NCBI GenBank assembly: GCA_965213625.1 | Contig: CBDBZU010000004.1 | Coordinates: forward strand, 1,536,001-1,600,000 | Direction: 5' to 3' | Length of the DNA stretch: 64,000 nt | DNA from: a bacterium | GTDB taxonomy: Bacteria; UBA8248 | Part shown: piece after piece, positions 9,548-17,288 of the stretch | Numbering within the stretch: the stretch's first letter is position 1 | Layout of the letters: the number at the start of each line of letters is the position of its first letter | Program-made: the position numbers and the translations under genes | The notes under the pieces: model-generated | The model's database searches: none | What the model saw: only the letters and a program-made list of their open reading frames with translations | Told to the model about the DNA's origin: nothing

Positions 9548-10558
9548 ATGAACGACAAGGTGTCCTCTGCGGAACTTCCGCGCGTGTTTCTCTCCCGGAA
9601 ATTTCCTGTCCGTCATTTCGAAGAGCTGAAACGAATCTCCGAGTTCGTCATGCACGCAAGAGACGTGAAGCCGAGCCCCGCCGGCTACAGGCGCGCCGTG
9701 CGGCATACGGACGTTCTCATCGCGATGGTGGGAGACGAGATAGACGCCGGTTTCCTGGATGCCGCGCCGCGCCTCAAATTGGTCGCCAACTGCGGTGTCG
9801 GTTTCAACAATCTCGATTTGGGCGAGATCACGAGGCGGGGCATCCTGGCCACCAACACGCCCGGCGTTGTCACCGAGCCCACGGCGGAATGCGCAATGTC
9901 GCTCCTGCTCGCGGTGAGCAGGCGGGTGGCGGAAGCGGATACGTATATCAGAACGGGGCGATGGAAGGGCTGGACGCCCACCTTGCTGGAGGGCCGGGGC
10001 CTGAACGGCCGGGTTCTCGGCATCGTCGGTCTGGGGCGCATTGGCTGCGCAGTGGCGCGCATGGCGAATGCGTTCGGCATGAAGGTCCGCTACTGGAGCC
10101 GGAACAGGAAAAGTCCCAGGATGGAAAAGGAGACGGGCGTTTCGTACCGCGCTTTCGGCAGGCTGCTTCGCGAATCCGATTTTCTGAGCATACACCTGGC
10201 ATTGAACGATGAGACGCGCCATCTCATCGGAGCGGAGGAGTTCGCCCGCATGAAAGAGGGAGCTGTGATCATCAACACCGCCCGGGGCCCCATTCTGGAC
10301 GAAAAAGCCCTGGTCGATGCGCTCCGCTCGGGCCGCCTCGGCGGAGCGGGGCTGGATGTGTTCGAGAATGAGCCCGACCCGCACCCGAGACTCCTGCGGA
10401 TGAAGAACGTCGTCATGATGCCGCATCTGGGGACGAATACCGATCTGGGCCGGGACGCGGTTTCAGATCGCGTGGAGAGAAACGTAAAAGCCTATCTGCT
10501 CGGCAAGCGTCCTCCTGATTTGCTGAACCCCGAAGTCTGGCCTCACAGGAGGCGCTGA
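9548..10558 (+). CDS. D-isomer 2-hydroxyacid dehydrogenase (glyoxylate reductase/D-glycerate dehydrogenase-like)
   Basis: GIVGLGRIG, INTARG, GLDVFENEP and MPHLG motifs. Confidence 0.9.
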   Translation: MNDKVSSAELPRVFLSRKFPVRHFEELKRISEFVMHARDVKPSPAGYRRAVRHTDVLIAMVGDEIDAGFLDAAPRLKLVANCGVGFNNLDLGEITRRGILATNTPGVVTEPTAECAMSLLLAVSRRVAEADTYIRTGRWKGWTPTLLEGRGLNGRVLGIVGLGRIGCAVARMANAFGMKVRYWSRNRKSPRMEKETGVSYRAFGRLLRESDFLSIHLALNDETRHLIGAEEFARMKEGAVIINTARGPILDEKALVDALRSGRLGGAGLDVFENEPDPHPRLLRMKNVVMMPHLGTNTDLGRDAVSDRVERNVKAYLLGKRPPDLLNPEVWPHRRR

Positions 10559-12573
10559 TGCCCGAGCGTGAAAAAAAGACGCTTAGAATCGGCGTCGACA
10601 CAGGCGGTACTTTTACGGATTTCATCTCGTTCGACGGCTCCCGGGTGCGAGTACACAAGGTGCCCTCTACGCCCGATGCGCCCGAGTGCGCCATCTTGCA
10701 GGGGCTGGATGAAATCCTGGATGGCCGCGGCGTTGCCCTGGATATCACCCATGGCTCCACCGTGGCGACGAACGCCCTCCTTACCCGCCGTGGCGCAAAA
10801 ACCGCCCTCGTGACGACGGCCGGCTTCGAGGACCTCATCGAGATCGGCCGCCAGAACCGGAAAGAACTCTACAATCTGGCGTACCGCAGACCTCCCGCCC
10901 TGGTGCCCAGGGATCTCAGAATGGGCGTGGCGGAGCGCCTGGATGAAAAGGGCGGCGAACTCCTGCGGGTCAAGGCGTCGGACTTGCGGTCGCTGAACCA
11001 AAAACTCCGGAAAGCGGGCGTCGAGTCCGTCGCCATCTGCCTGCTTCACTCTTATGCGAATCCTGCGCATGAAGAGAAAGTGGCCGACGCGATTCGCCGG
11101 AGCGGCATCCACGTATCGATGTCCAGCCAGGTGCTTCCTGAATTCAGGGAATACGAGCGCATGAGCACCACGTGCGTGAACGCCTATGTGTCTCCCATGA
11201 TGAACAGGTACCTGAAGGATCTGGAATCGCGCCTGGGTTCCGGCCGCTTGCGGGTCATGCAGAGTAACGGCGGCGTCATATCGAGCACGATGGCGGGCGA
11301 GGAAGCCATACGGACCATCCTGTCCGGCCCCGCAGGCGGCGTTGTGGGCGCTCATGAGGTGGCGAAACGAGCGGGGTTCGAGCATGCGATCGCGTTTGAT
11401 ATGGGCGGCACGAGTACGGACGTCTCCTTGCTGCACGGCGGCATCGGGTTCACGGCGGAAACGGAAGTGGCCGGCTGTCCGATCCGGGTTCCCCTCATCG
11501 ACATTCACACGGTTGGCGCAGGCGGCGGCTCCATCGCCCGGGTCGATCCGGGAGGCGCTCTGGCCGTCGGCCCGCAGAGCGCGGGGGCCGATCCGGGTCC
11601 GATATGCTACGGCAAGGGCGATCAGGTTACCGTCACGGACGCGAACCTTTTCCTCGGTCGTCTCGATCCCGATCAGTTCCTGGGCGGCAGGATGGCGCTC
11701 GACATGGAGCCGGTGAAAGTCGGGGTCGCGCGCTTGGCGAAGTCCCTGCGGCTGGATGCTCGACAAGCGGCCGAGGGCGTCATTCGCGTCGCCAACCAGC
11801 ACATGGCGCGCGCGATACGCCTGATCAGCGTGGAGCGGGGCCACGACCCGCGCACATTCGCCCTCATCTCCTTCGGCGGCGCCGGGGCGATGCACGCCTG
11901 TTCCCTGGCGGAGATTTTAAGGATTCCGCACGTCGTCGTGCCGAATGATCCGGGGATTCTCTCCGCACGCGGCATGCTGACGGCCGACGTGGTGAAAGAC
12001 TACGCCCGGACGGTGTTGCTGCCGCTCGAGGGGTTGAGCAAGAAATCTCTCGCAAGCCATTTTTCGCCATTGCTGCAAAAAGGCCGGGCGGATCTGAAGT
12101 TCGAGGGTTTCGCGAAACCGGCTTTTTCATTTTTCATCGATATGCGCTATCTCGGGCAATCGTATGAACTGACGCTTCCCTACCTGCCCGAAACGGGCGT
12201 GGACCTCCGCAAGAGCCTCCGTGCCGCGTTCGATGAATTGCACGATGAGCGTTTCGGCACTTCGAGCCCGGAGAGTCCCATCGAGATCGTGACGCTCAGG
12301 GTGCGGGGCGTCGGCGTGGTGGAGCGTCCGCCCGCGAGGCGGCTTCCAAAAGCTCGAAAGGACGTATCCCAGGCACGCATGGGGAGCCGGGAAATGGTTT
12401 TTGAAGGAAAGCGAATTGAGGGTTCCGTGTATGCGCGGGATAAATTTTCTCGCGGGAATCGCCTCGAAGGCCCGGCGCTGGTGTGTGAGTTCAGCGCCAC
12501 GACGGTCGTCCCGCCGGGCTGGGAATGCCGGGTGGATGACTGGGGCAATCTCGTTTTGAAGAACGCAGGCTGA
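10558..12573 (+). CDS. Hydantoinase A/oxoprolinase family protein
   Basis: IGVDTGGTFTD, SGPAGG, DMGGTSTDV and GAGGGSI motifs. Confidence 0.92.
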   Translation: MPEREKKTLRIGVDTGGTFTDFISFDGSRVRVHKVPSTPDAPECAILQGLDEILDGRGVALDITHGSTVATNALLTRRGAKTALVTTAGFEDLIEIGRQNRKELYNLAYRRPPALVPRDLRMGVAERLDEKGGELLRVKASDLRSLNQKLRKAGVESVAICLLHSYANPAHEEKVADAIRRSGIHVSMSSQVLPEFREYERMSTTCVNAYVSPMMNRYLKDLESRLGSGRLRVMQSNGGVISSTMAGEEAIRTILSGPAGGVVGAHEVAKRAGFEHAIAFDMGGTSTDVSLLHGGIGFTAETEVAGCPIRVPLIDIHTVGAGGGSIARVDPGGALAVGPQSAGADPGPICYGKGDQVTVTDANLFLGRLDPDQFLGGRMALDMEPVKVGVARLAKSLRLDARQAAEGVIRVANQHMARAIRLISVERGHDPRTFALISFGGAGAMHACSLAEILRIPHVVVPNDPGILSARGMLTADVVKDYARTVLLPLEGLSKKSLASHFSPLLQKGRADLKFEGFAKPAFSFFIDMRYLGQSYELTLPYLPETGVDLRKSLRAAFDELHDERFGTSSPESPIEIVTLRVRGVGVVERPPARRLPKARKDVSQARMGSREMVFEGKRIEGSVYARDKFSRGNRLEGPALVCEFSATTVVPPGWECRVDDWGNLVLKNAG

Positions 12574-12582
12574 GAGGGCGCG

Positions 12583-14175
12583 ATGGCGAGTACATACGAT
12601 CCGATACTCCTGGAAGTTTTCCGCAACCTCTTGTTTGCGGCCTCGGAAGAGATGGGCGTGGCGCTGTGCCGCTCCTCGTTTTCTCCCAACATCAAGGAGC
12701 GGAAGGATTATTCGTGCGCCATCTTCGATACGAAGGGCCGGATGGCGGCGCAGGCGGCGCATCTGCCCGCTCACCTGGGCTCCATGCCGATGTCGGTGGA
12801 ATACGTCATCGAGCGGATGGTGCTCGACCCGGGCGACGTAGTCGTGCTGAACGACCCTTTCCACGGAGGAAACCACCTGCCGGACATCACGATGATCTCG
12901 CCCGTATACGGGGAGGTGAGGGGCGAGGAAAAACTCATCTATTACGTGGCCAACCGGGCGCACCATGCCGACGTGGGCGGCATCGCGCCCGGCTCGATGA
13001 GCATCACGACGGAGATATTCCAGGACGGCGTGGTTATTCCGCCGGTGAGGCTCGTGCGGGGGGGAGAGATACAGGAAGACGTTTTCTCCCTCATCCTCGC
13101 GAACGTGCGCACCGCCGAGGAGCGCAGGGGAGACATCGCCGCGCAAATCGCGGCGAATCGCGTGGGGGAAAGGAGAATCCTGGAAATCATCGAGCGCCAC
13201 GGCCTGGCCGAGACGCTGCGCTACACGGTGGAACTGCAAAAGTATTCAGAGCGCCTGACCAAGGCGGTGATACACGGCATACCCGATGGACGGTATGGCT
13301 TCGAGGACTTCATGGATGACGACGGTTTCGGCAGCGGCCCCGTGCCGATACGCGTGGAGATCGCGGTGCGCGGCTCGAAGATGCGCGTGGATTACACTGG
13401 CTCCGCTCCGCAGACGCAAGGTAGCGTCAACGCCGTGGAATCCATCGCCCGCACGGCGGCCTATTACGCCCTGCGTTGTCTGGTGCCATACGACATCCCG
13501 AACAACTCAGGGTGTATGACTCCCATCGAGGTCATCGCGCCCTCGGGCACAGTGGTGAACGCGGAGTTTCCCGCCGCCGTCGCGGGCGGGAACGTGGAAA
13601 CGAGTCAGAGGATGGTGGACGTGATACTCGGCGCGCTCGCTAAGGCCTGTCCCGGCAAGATACCCGCCGCCTCGTGCGGCACGATGAACAACCTCACGGT
13701 GGGGGGCATAGATCACCGCGCAGGCCCCCGGCAGGGCCGTCCGTACGCCTACTACGAGACCACGGGCGGCGGCATGGGCGGAGGCCCCTGGGGCGACGGG
13801 GAGGACGCCATCCACACCCATCTCACCAACACCCTGAACACCCCGATAGAAGCGCTCGAACACGCCTATCCGTTCCGGGTGAGCCGCTACACCGTCCGCC
13901 GGGGCAGCGGGGGCGGGGGAAAGCATCGCGGCGGCGACGGTATCATCCGGGAGATAGAACTCCTGGGCGACGCCACCGTTTCATTCATGACGGAAAGGCG
14001 CGACAAGCCGCCCTGGCCCCTGAACGGCGGGGAGCCGGGCACGAAGGGCAGGAATTCGCTCACAAGCGGGGATGAGGAGAGGCAATACTCCGGCAAGGCC
14101 CGTCTCTCGGCGAAACGCGGGGACAGGATACGTCTGGAAACACCCGGCGGCGGCGGTTGGGGGAAGAAGGATTGA
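12583..14175 (+). CDS. Hydantoinase B/oxoprolinase family protein
   Basis: SPNIKERKDYSC, NDPFHGGNHLPD, HHADVGG and TPGGGGWG motifs. Confidence 0.92.
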   Translation: MASTYDPILLEVFRNLLFAASEEMGVALCRSSFSPNIKERKDYSCAIFDTKGRMAAQAAHLPAHLGSMPMSVEYVIERMVLDPGDVVVLNDPFHGGNHLPDITMISPVYGEVRGEEKLIYYVANRAHHADVGGIAPGSMSITTEIFQDGVVIPPVRLVRGGEIQEDVFSLILANVRTAEERRGDIAAQIAANRVGERRILEIIERHGLAETLRYTVELQKYSERLTKAVIHGIPDGRYGFEDFMDDDGFGSGPVPIRVEIAVRGSKMRVDYTGSAPQTQGSVNAVESIARTAAYYALRCLVPYDIPNNSGCMTPIEVIAPSGTVVNAEFPAAVAGGNVETSQRMVDVILGALAKACPGKIPAASCGTMNNLTVGGIDHRAGPRQGRPYAYYETTGGGMGGGPWGDGEDAIHTHLTNTLNTPIEALEHAYPFRVSRYTVRRGSGGGGKHRGGDGIIREIELLGDATVSFMTERRDKPPWPLNGGEPGTKGRNSLTSGDEERQYSGKARLSAKRGDRIRLETPGGGGWGKKD

Positions 14176-14214
14176 GCGTGTTCATAGAGAGAGGCGACTT
14201 CACTCCCCCCTTGA

Positions 14215-14854
14215 GGGTTGTTGAAAAAGTCCTGATAAACGAGTGTTTTACGCGACTAGGGAGGAGGCGGATTTATCGAGGCCGCGTGGTTTTGTAGGGG
14301 CCGCATATTATGCGGCACTGCCTTTTCGCCTTCACTATGCGGGTCGCATAATAAGTGGCGCTCCCAAGTAGGGAGCGCCACCTACGCGAGTATTGACATC
14401 CCGACCAAGGGGGGTGTGGGTCGGCCGACCCTCAAGGGCCTGTTGAAAAAGCCCTCGCCGGGGGTGTTGCTTTTACCCCCCTGACAAGGGGGGACAGGGG
14501 GGTTGCTTTTTCAATCGAGAGGGGTGCCCCTCCTACCCCCTAAAAGGCCATTCGCGGCTCCTGCGCCGGACCGCGCCCTCTTTCATATGTCGTGTCCGCC
14601 TATGGGAAAACGTGGTTTTCGAAAACACGCGCCGCGCAACCCCAAACCCTCATCCTGAATAGGCGCGTAAGCGCCGTATCGAAGGATGGGAGGTGCTTCT
14701 CCTCCGCAGGCGAGAACTTCGCCCTTCGATACGCCGCCTTCGGCTGCTACTCAGAGTGAGGTCAATATAGCGGTAAAGCAAGACGAGGACTTGACGCGAC
14801 CGATGAGGGAGCGTCAAATGTGTCCGCTTCCAGGGCCAGCTTTTTCAACAACCC
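14215..14854. mobile_element. MITE-like non-coding element with 15-bp terminal inverted repeats and nested palindromes
   Basis: GGGTTGTTGAAAAAG (14215-14229) and CTTTTTCAACAACCC (14840-14854) form a perfect IR; an internal CCTGTTGAAAAAG end lies near 14440; no transposase ORF. Confidence 0.65.
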
Positions 14855-15044
14855 CCATATGCATGAATGGTAAAACCCTGTTCCGGTCATGCCTCGGACT
14901 GGCGGAATTTCCCGGAGCGAGTTTGCCCTTCGGCCTTTTCTTTGTAAGATGGATGTATGTAGGATGATATTTCATATTACACGTGGCTGTGCCCCTGTTA
15001 CCGGGCCGGCCTTTCTTTATTGATGCGCATGGGAGGAATGTCCG

Positions 15045-15962
15045 ATGCCGGGTGAGCGATTCGTCTATCTCAATGGTGAGATTTTAGAGGAGAAGAACGC
15101 CAGGATATCGCCCTTCGATCGCGGCTTCCTCTGGGGCGATGGGGTATATGAAGTCACCCCCTGTTTCGCGGGCAAGCTCTATCGGCTCGATGACCATATC
15201 GACCGCCTCTATCGCTCGCTCAAGTATGTCCGAATCGACGTGGGTCTGAGTGAAGCGGAGATGAGGCAGGCGACGCTGGCTACCCTGGAGTCGAATCTGT
15301 GCCGACTCGAAGAGGGCGCTATGTACCGCGTCGGTCATTGGGTCACCCGTGGTGCCGACGATCCCTCCATGGCGGCGCACGCGGCGGGTCCCGCTTCGGT
15401 ATTCATCTTCTGGCGGCCCGTGAACGTCGCGTCTTTCGCGGAGCGGTATCTGAACGGCGTACGCCTGTCGATTACGCCCACGAGGCGCAATCCGCCCGAA
15501 TGCATCGAGACGAGAGCCAAGGTGACGAGCAAGATGAACCAGATTTTGGCGGAACTCGATGCCGCCGCATCGGGTTCTTTGTCCTTGATGCTCGACGTTC
15601 ACGGGAACGTGGCGGAAAACTCGTCCGCCAACTTTTTCATGGTGAAGGACGGCGCGCTCTGGACGCCGCCCGAGAGGAACATATTGCAGGGGGTAACCCG
15701 CCTGGCGGTGTTCGAACTGGCCGCGCGCCTGGGAATTGCCGTCGAGGAAAGAGACATCACGACGTACGATTTGGCGCAGGCGGAGGAGTATTTCATCACC
15801 TCGAGCGCGATATGCGCCATGCCGGTGCATGAAATCGACAGCTTCAAGCCGAGCGTGCCGGTTCCGGGGCCTGTCACGAAACGCCTGATCGAAGCGTTCG
15901 TGGAGGACACGGGGTACGATTTTAGAGAGCAGGTGAAGGAAAAGATTGCTGGAGGCGCTTAA
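15045..15962 (+). CDS. Class IV PLP aminotransferase (branched-chain/D-amino acid family)
   Basis: DRGFLWGDGVYE, catalytic Lys (RAKVT), ENSSANFF and ILQGVTR motifs. Confidence 0.88.
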   Translation: MPGERFVYLNGEILEEKNARISPFDRGFLWGDGVYEVTPCFAGKLYRLDDHIDRLYRSLKYVRIDVGLSEAEMRQATLATLESNLCRLEEGAMYRVGHWVTRGADDPSMAAHAAGPASVFIFWRPVNVASFAERYLNGVRLSITPTRRNPPECIETRAKVTSKMNQILAELDAAASGSLSLMLDVHGNVAENSSANFFMVKDGALWTPPERNILQGVTRLAVFELAARLGIAVEERDITTYDLAQAEEYFITSSAICAMPVHEIDSFKPSVPVPGPVTKRLIEAFVEDTGYDFREQVKEKIAGGA

Positions 15963-16004
15963 GGCGCGTTTTTCGATTATTTCAAACCGCTGAATGAGGA
16001 AGAG

Positions 16005-16484
16005 ATGCCGTATTACATTACGAAAGCGAGCCTCGAGGGGTTGAGGCAAAAGGTTGGAGAAATTCAACATCGTCTGAAGCACTACGTGGCGAAAGAAATC
16101 GGCAAGGCGGCGAGCCTGGGCGATTTGAGCGAGAACGCCGAGTGGGAGGCGGCTATCGAGCTGCAGGGCAACCTCAAGAACGAAATCAGCCGCATTATGG
16201 ACAAGATCCGCGAGGCGAGCGTGATCGAGGAACTCCCCATCGCCGGCGACAGGGTCACCATCGGCACGAAAGTCACGCTTTTCGACCTGGATAAGGATGA
16301 AGAGATTACCTACAAGATATTGGGCGAGGAGGAAAGCGACCTCCCCAACGGGATCATCTCCTTCAGCGCGCCGCTCTCGCGCGGGCTCATGCAAAAAGAA
16401 CCGGGCGATGAGGTGGCGGTTCAGTTGCCCGGCGGCGTGAGAAATTTCGAAATCGTCGACGTCGAGAAAATCGAATTTCCCTGA
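16005..16484 (+). CDS. greA: Transcription elongation factor GreA
   Basis: GDLSENAEW and ISFSAPLSRGL motifs. Confidence 0.92.
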   Translation: MPYYITKASLEGLRQKVGEIQHRLKHYVAKEIGKAASLGDLSENAEWEAAIELQGNLKNEISRIMDKIREASVIEELPIAGDRVTIGTKVTLFDLDKDEEITYKILGEEESDLPNGIISFSAPLSRGLMQKEPGDEVAVQLPGGVRNFEIVDVEKIEFP

Positions 16485-16489
16485 TTTTC

Positions 16490-17263
16490 ATGAGAAGACT
16501 CGATATCGGTGACAGGCTGCTTGCGTATCTCGTCTTCGCTGCGGCGGTCGTTCTGGTCACATTCTTCGCGTTTCAACACGAATTGCCGCGTGATTGGCAT
16601 CTGCCGGGTTCCCCGACGCTGTATCTGATAGGCGTGGCGGGGACGATTCTCCTCTGCGTCTCCGTCATCTTCGTGATCACGAAGAGATCGGGCATAGGCG
16701 GCTCCCCCATTGGCTGGTTTTCCGCCCATGTCGTGACGGCCACCCTGGGCGGCGTGCTGGTGACGGTCCACTCGGGCGGGTTTCTTCGCTATGCGCCGGC
16801 GCTTTTGCTCGTCGCACTTTTGCTATTGGTCATTCTGGGCGTGTGGGCGCGCGTTCGTCTTTCCAGAGATATGTCGGCCACGTTCGCCTCGAGGGATGAA
16901 TCCTTCTCTCCGCTCACTTCCGAAAACCGCGAGCAAATGGCCCGCCTCATCGAAGAGAAAGAATCCCTGTTGGCGAGGCTCGAGCCGGGAGCGAATGAGG
17001 GCGTCTTCTCTCCGAGACTCAAACACTGGCTCACAAGACCGGGTCTTACGCTCGCCTATGCCCGGCTGGTCGGGCGTGAAAATAAATTGATGGGCATGCG
17101 CGCGAGCGTATCAACTGCGCAGGCGTACTGGCGGCTGGTTCACATCGTTTTGGCGTTTGCCTTCATTCTCGGTATGCTGGGGCATATCATCACCGTCACA
17201 TTTTTTGCCGGTTATGTTTCGGGCGGGGGAGAGATTTACTGGTGGCATCTGACGAAGTGGTAG
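16490..17263 (+). CDS. Membrane protein with two His-x13-His helices (putative di-heme b partner)
   Basis: About five hydrophobic segments; HVVTATLGGVLVTVH and HIVLAFAFILGMLGH. Confidence 0.65.
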   Translation: MRRLDIGDRLLAYLVFAAAVVLVTFFAFQHELPRDWHLPGSPTLYLIGVAGTILLCVSVIFVITKRSGIGGSPIGWFSAHVVTATLGGVLVTVHSGGFLRYAPALLLVALLLLVILGVWARVRLSRDMSATFASRDESFSPLTSENREQMARLIEEKESLLARLEPGANEGVFSPRLKHWLTRPGLTLAYARLVGRENKLMGMRASVSTAQAYWRLVHIVLAFAFILGMLGHIITVTFFAGYVSGGGEIYWWHLTKW

Positions 17264-17288
17264 CCTGTATGTCTTCTAGGAGTGAGTC

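Noticed and set aside
14686-14967. 93-aa ORF in the repeat-rich intergenic region
   Set aside because: It runs through palindromic repeats and the terminal IR, and has no protein-like features
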